DNA of 64,000 nt from Octopus sinensis (taxonomy: Eukaryota). Numbering within the stretch: the stretch's first letter is position 1; the number at the start of each line of letters is the position of its first letter. The notes under the pieces are model-generated. The model was not told where the DNA came from. It ran no database searches and was given only the letters and a program-made list of their open reading frames with translations. The DNA is taken from NCBI RefSeq assembly GCF_006345805.1, contig NC_042999.1, forward strand, positions 115,630,001 to 115,694,000, given 5' to 3'. This document shows, one piece after another, positions 52,340 to 64,000 of this stretch. The position numbers were made by a program, and so were the translations under genes.

Positions 52340-53548
52340 TACAAGTGAATGTAGCATCATGGTAATGAATGTACAATATCAGTAACTCTTTCCTCGTTTG
52401 ACTTACATAACCTATATTAGGATTCCACTTGATTTTTGTCTATCTTACCTTTATCCAGTTAATCCCCAATGCTTGATCTTGTGCTGCGACTTACAAACTT
52501 TCTGTCATCTTTTTCAGCCTTACTTTTCTGCAATCATAACCATGTCTCATTATTACTATTTTCTGCAACTATCTTTGGGAAGCTACCTTGCAAAGCCTTC
52601 TCTTGCCAGTCAGATAATCTTTCCTTTTTTTTTGTTGGTTTTTAAGTTCATTTGGCTTTTTGGTTTCCTTATCTCCTACTGTTACTGTATCAACTCTCAA
52701 AAATGTTCACTATTACCTACATAGGAGGATATATCTACTTTAGCTGACAAGTTTTCGACTGATATTAACCTTCTTCCACCTTCCTTTCTGGGTCAGTGTA
52801 ATCTTGCTACTCCTGCTTTTGGGTGAAATTCTCCATTCATATTGAATTCCTTCTTAGTTCTGTCTAGATTTAGATTCTAGCCAACCTACAAAACCTACTG
52901 AATATCTAAGTAACCATATTGTCCAAGTATTTGCAGCTTAGATTAAAACCGTTTAGCTTTGACTTCATTAGCTCCTCTCCTTTCTGTTGCACTCCTCGAT
53001 TTTCTTTTTCATTTCTACAGTTAGTACTCTGTCAGATATTAATACTCTTAGATACTTATAACTTTCTCCTTCTTTTATTGATTTTGATGTCTGGCCATCT
53101 GATAATTGGATGCCTTTATTGCTGATTACCTATCCCTTTTTTATGACTAAGTTTGGGCACATAGATAACTATTCCAAATTCTATACCAATAGCTTTGCTG
53201 AAGAATCTTACAGTTTGCATTAAGGAATCTATTTCTTTTTTATTCTTACTAAAAAGCTCCAGATCGTGCATGTGGTGCAAATGGTTAATTTTTCCTTTAC
53301 TATCTCTAAACTGATACCCTGTCTTTGCCCTTCTTAATACTAAACTGAGAAGTATTAAGCGTAAAACAAATATTAAAAAGGTTAGCGAGACACCCTGGAA
53401 AATGTCTCTCTTGATATTAACTTTCTCTAAGGCTGTGTCTCCTGCGTGGAGATCTACTCTCCATTTCTTCATGCTAATGCTAATTAACTAACTCTTATGT
53501 TATCTGCAATACTGAATGGAATCATCATATTGGCTTCCCTGAATGCGG
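52340..53548 (-). mobile_element. Decayed R4/Dong-like LINE fragment, family E
   Basis: ORF 53116-53472 (VNIKRDIFQGVSL...KINHLHHMHDLELF); downstream WQEKALQG and AAQDQAL. Begins after an (ATA)n array. Confidence 0.8.
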
Positions 53549-53555
53549 TATCATG

Positions 53556-53627
<72 letters not shown>

Positions 53628-53650
53628 CGTCGTCGTTGTCGTCGTCGTCG

Positions 53651-53691
<41 letters not shown>
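53549..53691. repeat. Stepwise compound trinucleotide array (ATT)(GTT)(GTC)(ATC)
   Basis: Seen directly in the sequence. Confidence 0.95.
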
Positions 53692-53693
<2 letters not shown>

Positions 53694-54039
53694 GGTTTGG
53701 CTGCTTTAATTGATACAAACGGCAGCTAAGTCTCTATGAACGGCCTCAAGAGATAGCAGAATTTTGCGTCTAGAGATGCTAACACCTGAGGTGCCATGCA
53801 TTTAAGAGAACTGGTGTTTGTGCATAGGAAAAAAATCATCTCTGTTAAATTTATAAAAACACTGAATATTATTATTATAAATATTATATCTTTATAGTTG
53901 TTTACTTTCTTTGTTATAGAAAAAACCCACCATGTTAGTTTTGTATTTCGTCCTTTGCTATATCTAATGTCTTGGGATCTTGTATCGAATAAAGGAAATC
54001 ATCATCAATATATCATCACCCCCATCATCATCATCATAA

Positions 54040-54193
54040 TGGTTTGTCTCAGGTTCGGTGTTATTCCTGGTAGTGTTTATGTGGATAGCGGGTCACTATC
54101 TGTAACATTAGGTATCCACAAGTTTTCAGCTGCTTAGAACCCTCCTGATGATCCTTACTGTCCCTAAGAGACAAACTCTCTGTAGAAGCTCTA
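54040..54193 (-). mobile_element. 3' end of R4/Dong-like LINE family F, with an (ATG)n-like tail
   Basis: C-terminus ELLQRVCLLGTVRIIRRVLSS* followed by a 3' UTR stem GTGGATA...TATCCAC. Confidence 0.7.
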
Positions 54194-54256
54194 ATTATTA
54201 TTATTATTGTTATTATTATTATTGTTATTATTATTATTGTTATTATTATTATTATT

Positions 54257-57200
54257 ACTTTTTTTTTCTTCTTTCAAATTTGCTTCCATTTCTTGCCGAG
54301 TGTCTTCCCGACTCCTAGGGCAAAGAAACTCATAGTATACATTGGTAGGCCATTAAACCAAACTCAGTAGTTCGTTCATTTAAAAAATTTTTTTTTTTTA
54401 AAGTTAAATTAAAATACATGAGCAGCAACAATTCTCACATCGACAATGCTCTTCTCAATACATGTGATGTACCAGTTAAGACAATCTTTTGCACTTCTTG
54501 CAGGGATGGTAAGCCAGGGATCATTCTCATATAATTTTCGGTTCCCTTCTTGACCATTCCTAGTGCTCCTACGATCACTGGTATTGTAACCGCCTTGAGA
54601 TGCCACATTTTCTCAATTTCAATGAGTAGGTCTTTATATTTTCTGAGCTTGTCAAACTCTTTCGCTGAGATATTATGATCACAGGGGATGCTCATGTCGA
54701 TCAATAAGCAAACTTTATTGTTTTGGTCTTTCACAACAATATCTGGTTTATTGGCCTTGATGGTTCGGTCTGTATGTACTGGAAAGTCCCACAGAATGGT
54801 TACATTTTCTCCTTCAGTTACAGCCTCAGGGTGGTGATTATACCACTTGTCGGCAGTTTTGATATTGTAATGCCGACTTATTAGCCAGTGTAGATATTGG
54901 CCAACTCTGTCATGTCTTAATTTATACTCCACTGGTGCTAAGACTTTACATCCAGAGATTAGATGGTCCACTGTTTCAATCATGTCGTTGCAGAATCGGC
55001 ATTTTGGGTCTGCTCCATTTTTCATCACATTGGCCTGGTAGTTCCGGGTTAATAGGCTTTGATCTTGAGCAGCCAGGATGAAACCTTCGCTCTCTGCTTT
55101 TAGCCCCGAGCTCCGTAGCCACTGATGGGTTTGCTTCTGGTCAACATCAGCTTGTTTGCTGCGAGTCACATATTTGCCGTGCAGAGGTTTCTCCTCCCAC
55201 CTATCAGCCAATTGCTCGTGCGCTTTTTTCGTTGCCATCATTTTCACCTTCTTTGCAACAATAGTTGCCGTACTTCCCTCGGGTTGTTCAGTTTGGGTAT
55301 CCTGCACGAGATCAATAGCAAATGTTTTGCTTTCCTTTATGATAGAATGAAGCTTCTTTCGTCTCTCGTGATTTTCCACGAGCTTTAGCATCCAGTCATT
55401 CGATATTTCGAGATATTTGGCCAGTCCAATTGTGGTTGTTTTGTAAGCTAGTTCAAATTGGATCAGGCCTCGACCTCCTTGGGCTCTGGGAAGGTAAAGG
55501 CGATCTACGTCTGCCTTTGGGTGGTGCATCCTATTACAACTCAGCAGCTTGCGTATTTTCCTATCTATATTATTTACTTCACTCATATTCCAGTTCAACA
55601 CATTGTAGCTATAAGTAACAAGTGGAACTGCTAAGGAATTTATAGCTAACACCTTGTTACGTGCATTTAGTTCAGATTTCAGGACTGCACGAACTCTCCT
55701 ATAACATTCCTTCCTGATCTTCTCTTCCATGCTTGCATGCTGAATACCAGAGCCTTCATTTATCCCTAAATATTTGTATGTTTGTTCTTGCTCAAGCTCT
55801 CTTATGACTGTGTCAACATCTAACACGACTGAATTTGTGGTCTTCACTTTCCCTTTCTGGAAAGTGGCCTTGGCACACTTCTCAAGTCCAAACTCCATCC
55901 CGATGTCATCGCTGAATGCTTTCACGGTGCGCAATAGGCCTTCAAGTTCATTATTGTCTTTACCATAAAGTTTTAAGTCATCCATATAAAATAGATGGCT
56001 TATTTTTTTATTGGCAATTTTATATACCCATACCCTGTTCTGTTTAATTCACTTGTAAGGGGTATTAGGGCTATGCAGAATATTAAAGGTGAAAGTGAGT
56101 CACCTTGAAAAATTCCACAGTTGATGTTTATATTTTCTGAGGCAAGTACTCCATTAGAGTGGTATAATTGGAGATTCGTATTCCACAACGACATATTGTG
56201 CTTCAGGAAGTTTGAAATCACAGGAGAAATTTTGAAGATGTCCAGCGATCTCAAGATCCATGGAATCGGTATACTGTCGAAGGCCTTTTTATAGTCAATC
56301 CATGCGGTGCTGAGATTTCTGCGCTTGTTGTGACAGTTCTCAAGGATCATACGATTGATTAGCAGTTGATCTTTGCATCCGTAAGAGCCTCGGCGGCACC
56401 CTTTTTGTTCGATGGGGAAAATATCGTTCTTCTCCATGAATGCATATGTTTTCTCCGCCAGGATAGATGTTAGGATTTTATACGTGGTGGATAGACAGGT
56501 TATAGGCCGATAGTTTTTTGGAAGGTTGGTTTCGTTATTCTTTGGGAGTAGGTAAGTAATGCCACTTGCTAACCATTCTGGTGTTTTCTTTGGGTCTCTC
56601 ATAATTCCATTGAGCAGCTGAACTAGCTTACCGTGTGCGCATGGGAGCGATGCGAGCCAGAAATTCGGCACCCTATCTTTACCGGGGGATTTCCAATTAT
56701 GGGCCTTCGTGAGTGCCTTTCTTAGGTCTGCTATTGTGATGTCTTCCCATGCTTGTTGTTGTAAATTTTGGTAGGATCCTTCAGTTTGTATAATCCAGTC
56801 TGCATTTATGTTGTACGTCTTCTTGTCACTCCAAATCCTTTTCCAAAAGTTTTGAACTTCTTCCATGGGAGGGGGGTCTTTAACGGTTACTTCTCCTTCC
56901 CTATTTCTCTGTAGAATTTTTTGGCATTGGATGTGAACAGCTTATTTTGCTTGTAAAACTTGTTTCTCTTCTCAAATCTTCGTATTCTTTGGGCTTTTGC
57001 TTGGACTTTTTGTTTCAGCGTTTCTTTTATTGATATCAGTTCTTCTCTTGGTGAGGATCCAAATTTTCTCTTCATCTTTCTTCCTGTTCTGGATCTTACA
57101 TCATTTCCACATATTAGTTCATTTAATATTGATATTTCCCCTCTCATAAATTCAATCTCTTTTTCAATTTTACTTCTCCAGGTTTTATTTCTTCCCAGGT

Positions 57201-58000
57201 TTGGTTTTCTTTGTTTTTTCGGGGGCATACAGCTGGTTTCAATTGCCCTAGCAGAAGCGTAAATAATTTCATTTAACTCAGTAAAATCAGGTTTTAATTC
57301 TCGTATTATTTCATTTGTTACATAGTTGCCAATTTGGATTTGTTTTTTTATTTTGGTTTGTATTTGAGAGTTTATGAAGTGGTTCTCTATCATTCATACT
57401 TGTATGTCTTACAACTTCAAGCGTATTCAGGATTTTCTGCCTCATTTCTGCCATAGACTCTCTATGTTCTTCAGCAAATGCGAGATCTTCAGTTACTGTT
57501 GATTTTTCGTTTTCCTGGCTATCTTTAACAGGTACAATAGAATTTCTTGTATCTTCAGGCCTTTGCGTACTTTGGTCAGATGGCAGTCTTTCAATTAAGC
57601 CTCGTGGCGGGCTATACTGTTCATCTGATTCTTCATTTCCTTTGTGTCTTATATTTATGTCATTTTCCGTTGCGCGCTTGATCGCGTTTATTTCACTGTC
57701 TGTGAGTCTGTTATTTCTAAGGATATCCCTCCTCACATTTGCTAATTTGTTCTCGTCCAAATAGGGCCTACTGTCTTGATTCCGTGTTCTCCATATACTG
57801 TAAGAGTTTGCGGTGTGTCTCTCTTGAGATGGCCTACCTAATGTATAGTAATAAGCGTATATTACTTCTTTATACTCTTCTCGGGTCCATTTGTTCCGCT
57901 TACATTTTTCTTTCTGTGGTGGTTGTGGTGGTGAACTTGGAGGGCTCGAGTTGGGGGATTTCCCGTTCAAGTGACCATCCATGTCCGTATTCGGAGAAGA

Positions 58001-58001
<1 letters not shown>
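54257..58001 (-). mobile_element. Full-length R4/Dong-like LINE, family B (~3.75 kb), flanked by (AAT)n on both sides
   Basis: N-terminal KWTREE (Myb-like) region, RT, CCHC (CRFC...H...C), KPDIVV...LIDMS endonuclease, 3' UTR and tail at 54194-54256. Confidence 0.97.
54435..57982 (-). CDS. Single LINE ORF (~1181 aa reconstructed) broken by three micro-indels
   Basis: Four track ORFs join via +1 (A run, ~57345), -1 (~56890) and +2 (TA, ~56025), with no other in-frame stops seen. Confidence 0.9.
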
Positions 58002-58089
<88 letters not shown>

Positions 58090-58092
<3 letters not shown>

Positions 58093-58176
58093 TAGTTTTA
58101 TTTTTATAGCGTGCTTTCACTTGACTACCGAGCGCAGCTCTGTGTGCCTTAGGTATGTGCTGTGATTTGTTGTGAT
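58090..58176 (-). mobile_element. Isolated 87-bp 3' end of LINE family A between (AAT)n arrays
   Basis: Near-identical to 16708-16794. Confidence 0.92.
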
Positions 58177-58202
58177 TATTATTATTATTATTATTATTAT
58201 AT

Positions 58203-59098
58203 AACTGTTCCATATTTGGTAGATTGAGGCAAATTTCTACTGCATTACCTGCTACACCTCCGTGTGGCTGGGGTGTGTGCAACATTTTGTGTTCTTTTCT
58301 GCTGTTGGGAGTATGCAAACTCTTCCCGGTACTGTATTGTGTTAGTTTTTTGGGTAAAATTACAGATTAACACTCGCACGATTTTCACTAAGAAAAAAAA
58401 AAACTCGGATTTTTGTGTGGAATCAAGTACCCTGACCTCCTAATATGCTGCAAATCCAATATTTTGGTCCGGAATTGCTCCGGAAAGGGGGGGGGGGGTA
58501 ACCCCCCCCCTCCCGGAATTTTCACGAGGAAAAAAAATCAGATTTTTTGCGTGGAATCAAGTAACTTGACCTCCTAATATGCTGCAAATCCCATATTTTG
58601 GTCCGGAATTACTCCGGAAACGGGGGGTAACCCCCCCCCGGAATTTTCAATAGGGAAAACAAAAAATAATATATCAATAATTTAGAAAAGAAACATTTCT
58701 AGAAAATAGTAAGTGTGAACAAATTATTGATATATTATTGGGCAAAAGAAGATTTGGCACACTGTCATGCTTTCAGCTGTCAGAAGTGAAAGTCATCAAC
58801 TTCGTGTAATTACGTCAGGTTCGCTGTTAGGTTTATAAAACAATTGAAGTTCAGTTTAAAGTTTATAAATAAATACATTTCATTCCATGTTCTGTTTAAT
58901 CTTTATAAATAAATATATTCTTGCACTGTGTGTATATGTGGCTATATGTCTGACTAATGTGTGTGTCTGTATTTATTGTATGTGTGTATAAGTAGTTATA
59001 TGCTTATATTATCCATTATAGTAATATTTGTCTGTTGAAACCCGTTTTAAGGCGGTCAATAGTTTAATTAAAGATGTATCTATACATGTATATATATA

Positions 59099-59155
<57 letters not shown>

Positions 59156-60860
59156 GTGTATATATACATGTGTATACATATATATATATATATATAATAT
59201 ATATATATGCACATGTATATATATATAAATATATATATACACATGTATATTTATAAAGTTTAAACAGAACATGGAATGAAATGTATTTATTTATAAACTT
59301 TAAACTGAACTTCAATTGTTTTATAAACCTAACAGCGAACCTGACGTAAATACACGAAGTTGACGACTTTCACTTCTGACAGCTGAAAGCATGTAGTGTG
59401 CCAAATCTTCTTTTGCCCAATAATATATCAATAATTTGTTCACATTTCAATTTACTATTTTCTAGAAATGTTTCTTTTCTAAATTATTGATATATAATTT
59501 TTTTTTCCTTGTGAAAATTCCGGGGGGGGGATTACCCCCCGTTTCCGGAGTAATTCCGGACCAAAATATGGGATTTGCAGCATATTAGGAGGTCAAGTTA
59601 CTTGATTCCACGCAAAAAACTTATTTTTTTTTCCTCGTGAAAATTCCGGGGGTGCGGGCGGTGTTACCCCCCTTTCCGGAGCAATTCCGGACCAAAATAT
59701 GGGATTTGCAGCATATTAGGAGGTCAGGGTACTTGATTCCACGCAAAAAATCCGATTTTTTTTTTCTTAGTGAAAATCGTGCGGGTGTTAATCTGTAAGT
59801 TTACCGTTTTTTGTTTATCTTAAGGTGTGGTGTTGCCCTTTGTTGTGTTACTGTTTGTATTGTGTATTGAGTATTTAATGCTTTGTTTTTTTCTGGATTG
59901 CTGGTGGGAATATATTTCACTGGGTAAATGCTGAATAAAGTATCTTGTATTTGTGGGTTGTTTTGTTTAGGTTGTATTATTGGATAAATAGTGTCTTGCG
60001 TAGGATGTGGGCTGTTCCTAGCAGGGCTATTTTTTGGACAGTGTGTAGACTTGAGGATCCAAGTATAGCTTCTACATTTTTGTTCCTGCGATTTTTTATA
60101 ATGCCCAATGCTCCAATTATTATTGGTATTGTTTTTATCTTCACACCCCACATTTTGAATACTTCAAGTTCGAGGTCTTTGTACTTCGACAGTTACTCCA
60201 CTTCTTTTTTGAAAATATTTTGATCAGAAGGGACTGCAATGTCTATCAATAAGCAGGTGTTTTTTCCCCAATCCTTGATTATTATGTCTGGGGGATTAGC
60301 TTTTATTTCTTTGCCCGTTTGAACCAGCGTCTCCCAGATAACTGGGGCTTGATTGTTGTCTTGTACCTTGCTTGGTACATGCTTATATCATCTGCTGTCA
60401 GTTTTGATGTAATGTTGGGATATTGTCCAGTAGATATAACTGATTACTATGTCGTGTCTGTATACATATTCAGACTTGAAGAGGATTGGGTGGACCGAGA
60501 TGATGTGGTCAACTGGTTGTGCTGGTTGAACATTCTGCATTTGGCGCTGAGGCCTGTATTCATTATTTTGTTTTTATAATTGTTTGCTGTTAGTCATTGG
60601 TCTTGCGCAGCGAAAATCAATCCTTCTGTTTCGGAGAGCTTTTGAGCCATTGTCCAGAGCTTTTGAGCCATTGTTGGCTTTTACTTAGGCTCACTTTCTC
60701 TCTATCAAGTTTTGCAGGATATTGGCCATGGAGTAATTTTTCTCTTCATTTCTTCTTCAGTATCTTTTGTAGTTCAGTTTTCATGTTGCTGTTTGTCTCT
60801 CTGACCATTTCTACTATCTTGTCATCCGAGGTCAGTGTGTCAGGGTATTTTGCTTCTGTT
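58203..60860 (-). mobile_element. 5'-truncated decayed R4/Dong-like LINE, family D, whose 3' UTR is interrupted by the foldback element
   Basis: EKLLHGQYP, KYKDLELEV-like region and IALLGTAHILRKTLSIQ*. The 3' UTR resumes at 58352 and ends in (AAT)n at 58177-58202. Confidence 0.85.
58353..59805. mobile_element. 1453-bp non-autonomous foldback DNA element with ~560-bp TIRs and an 8-bp TSD
   Basis: Arms 58353-58911 and 59248-59805 start with GGTAAA; TSD GTTTTTTG at 58345-58352 and 59806-59813; two ~130-bp subrepeats per arm. Confidence 0.9.
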
Positions 60861-60861
60861 T

Positions 60862-60986
60862 TCTAAGTTTGAATGTCGACTTTGCCTTTCATTCTTTCGG
60901 GGTCCATAAATTAAGTACACATTGGGGCCAATAAAGTCGACTGGTTCCCCCACTGATTTTCAGGCTTTGTGCCTACAGTAGAAAGG

Positions 60987-60987
<1 letters not shown>
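60862..60987 (+). mobile_element. SINE family IV 3' part with an (ATT)n tail
   Basis: GTCGACTTTGCCTTTCATTCTTTCGGGG...GTAGAAAGG followed by ATTATT. Confidence 0.75.
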
Positions 60988-61035
<48 letters not shown>

Positions 61036-61079
61036 GTAGTAGTAGTAGTAGTATTTTTGTTGTTGCTGTTATTAAAACA

Positions 61080-61290
61080 TTGGCTCAGTAAAAACACTGA
61101 AGCGTCCTATAAAATTACTTCGTGAAATTCATTTACGTCTACGTTCTGTGTTTAAATGGCCGCCGAGGTCTGCTATGCCTCTAATCCAGTTGCAATGGCT
61201 ATAAATAAGGTATCAGTTAAGTATTGAAATCTGTTGTATTGATCTCACACTCTAAATTTGTGTGACCTTGTGCCTGTATTAGAAACCATT
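61080..61290 (+). mobile_element. Degenerate SINE family IV copy
   Basis: CTACGTTCTG...CCGCCGAGGTC and CCTTGTGCCTGTATTAGAAACC. Confidence 0.55.
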
Positions 61291-61677
61291 TATTTATTTA
61301 TTTTCTTGCATTTAACTGCAGGAGGTGTGAAAAAAATACGCAGCATCCGGAACGAAGGAGAACGAATGGATAAATTGATCCGATATAGGAACAAATCCTG
61401 ACATAAAAGGAAATCAATAAAAAACGAAATGACATTTAGTGATAGGTCTGTAGTGTCGAGAACACTATTAATATATCGATATATTTGTTAAGAATTCTTG
61501 ATGCACTGTAAATAAATATTTGATTGTATACTGTGTTTGTTTTTATGTGGATGTATAATACATGAACAAATGAATGGATATATGCATATCCACACTCATA
61601 CACAAATACGCACACTGACGCACACACACAAAATACATACATACATGCATACATACATACATACATACATACATACA

Positions 61678-61724
<47 letters not shown>

Positions 61725-61725
<1 letters not shown>

Positions 61726-61888
61726 GACTAAGGACTTCTTTCAGGGTCCGTGTACCAAATCCACTTACAAAGCTTTGGTTGACCCGGAGCTATAGAAATA
61801 GACATTTGCTGAAGGTGGTACGCAGTGGGACTGAAACACGGATCCATGTGGTTGGGAAGCAAACGTATTACCACCCAACCACGCTTAA
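61725..61888 (-). mobile_element. SINE family I head
   Basis: Homologous to 23489-23650. Confidence 0.75.
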
Positions 61889-61923
61889 GCACATACATAC
61901 ATCTATATATATGTTTATATATA

Positions 61924-61978
<55 letters not shown>

Positions 61979-62561
61979 AATAGATGTGTGTATTTTTCCC
62001 TTGTTAACAATCAACACAGAAAAAATATGTAAATTGTTACCAGGGTAGCAAAAAAATTCACAAGTAAAAAGGTTGTAACTCCTTGTTTTTAAAGATAGAA
62101 ACTTCGGGTTTACGCGAAATATTTTGTATAATGTATATAAATAGATAAATGGAGTTAAACGCAGGTGTTATTCAAATTCATTTACTTCCGACACATGTTT
62201 CGAAGATATCCCTGGTATTATTCCAAAGGAATACATTGGTGTAAAACAATGAGTTCCAGATTATCTTTGCAATTTCGGTTGGTTATACTCGAGATTGCTC
62301 CAATCTGGCCAGCCCCAAGGAAAAGCTATGCTAAGCGCATTAGATTCCTTGGAAGATAGCAGCGAATGTATACGAAAAGAAGGACGAAAAAAAAACGGAG
62401 GACAAACACACCACAAACAAAAAAATACACACATACAGACTTAGACAGACAGACAGACGTGTATATTATTGATGTGGAACGAATGAGAACTGCTGTAATC
62501 ATACTGGCGTGAAACTCAAGTCGGGAGAGAAACTCTCAGCTTCAATTTTAATCAAAAACTT

Positions 62562-62608
<47 letters not shown>

Positions 62609-62645
62609 GTATACGTGTATGTGTATATATGTATATATCTATATG

Positions 62646-62693
<48 letters not shown>

Positions 62694-63279
62694 AATTTAA
62701 TTCACAATATATGGATTCAACTAATCCGGTGGTACTTATAAAAATGCTCCTTAACGTAGCATTCTACAAAACATATAGAATACATGGTATGATACAAGAG
62801 CAAAAAAGTGTATAAAGTTATAAATAGAGAATATGGGCTTTGCATTCTTGAAACGTTGTTGAGGGATCATTTTTTAACATGGATTTCTTTAAACCCGAAG
62901 AGTTAATGCAGACATGTAAGTAATTTATTACTTATTACAAAATACAAAATAAAATAAATACAAAATATAATAAAATAAACTATTTATATATGTTTTATTA
63001 AGCTGTGAAACAATTGTTGTTACATACGAATTGCCAATGGTTTAATCATTTTTATTACACCATATTTCTCTCGCTATTTATAACTACACACACACACACA
63101 CTAACTGCGTATTTTAGCCTATGGAGCTCCTCAGTGTAGTTCCAAACTTTAAGAGAATTAAAGTAAGACTTCTTTTTTTCTTTTGCTGCTTTTGAATAGC
63201 AGGGAGACAGAAAAATTATAAGAATGAAGTAATGTAGTGAACGTACACATCACCACTTTTTTTTATAACCAGAAATATA

Positions 63280-63637
63280 TTTAAATACAGAGAGGGGGAG
63301 AGAAAGATAGAGGAAAGAGAAATAAAGAGTGAGAGAGAAAGAAGGGGAGAGAGAGAGCGAGAAAGAAAGAGGTGAAAGAGTAAGTGAGAGAGAGAGAGAG
63401 AAAGAGAGTGTGAGCGTGTGAGAGAGAGGGAGAGAGAGAGAGAGAGAGAAAAAGCGGTAGGAGGTAGATATAATTGCTTGAATGGAAAAAGTTTCCGAAT
63501 ACATTTAATTTCGTGAGAAATCGCCATGAAAGCCGTTGGCACGAATTTAATTTTATCTGTCTACCTTTCTATCTACATAACTATCTGCCTGCCTGTCGCT
63601 CTGTCTATCTCACCCTCTCTGTTTATCTATCTATCTG

Positions 63638-63721
<84 letters not shown>

Positions 63722-64000
63722 AATCTCTATCTATCTGTTTGTCTGTTTGTCTATTTCTGTGTATGTATGTACGTAGGTGTGTATGCATGTATGTATGTAT
63801 GTATGTATGTATGTATGTATGTATGTATGTATGTATGTATGTATGTATGTATGTATCTATTTTTTGGTTGTCTTTCCGACTTTCCGCCTGTTTGTCTATC
63901 TCTGTCCGTCCGTCAGTCAGTCTGTCTGTCTGTCTGATTGTCTGTCTCTTTCTCACTCACACACTCTCTCTCTCTCTTTCTCTCTCTCTCGTTATCTATC
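63280..64000. repeat. (GA)n, (TATC)n, (TATG)n, (TGTC)n and (CT)n microsatellites
   Basis: Seen directly in the sequence. Confidence 0.95.

Noticed and set aside
58417-58640. Repeats with intervening sequence resembling a CRISPR array
   Set aside because: Only two ~130-bp tandem units per arm of a foldback element, with no unique spacers and a eukaryotic context.
62190-62240. CGAAACATGTGTC hammerhead-like half motif on the minus strand (a similar relic lies near 12840-12880)
   Set aside because: The CTGANGA box is missing or mutated; possibly a PLE relic but not supportable.

Overview
AT-rich, microsatellite-dense animal genomic DNA. The SINE families resemble octopod repeats from memory only; this is unverified. 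Most of the window is mobile DNA. (1) At least six families of R4/Dong-like non-LTR retrotransposons (RT plus CCHC knuckle and PD-(D/E)xK restriction-like endonuclease), mostly sitting in (AAT)n arrays and in two places stacked head-to-tail. One copy is near-intact and full-length (54257-58001, minus strand). (2) A HERO-like and a CR1-like LINE fragment. (3) Penelope-like (PLE) fragments. (4) Three mariners, an internally deleted DD36E Tc1 element and MITEs. (5) Several tRNA-derived SINE families. (6) A 1453-bp foldback element with ~560-bp arms and an 8-bp TSD. The most unusual signals are short non-coding palindromes carrying hammerhead-ribozyme-like cores (31342-31505, 47322-47629) and a 3' stem-loop shared by divergent AAT-tailed LINEs. 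A few candidate exons of an unidentified minus-strand gene lie at 20.9-36.6 kb. Most short ORFs in the track are microsatellite artefacts. No tRNA, rRNA or CRISPR array is supported.
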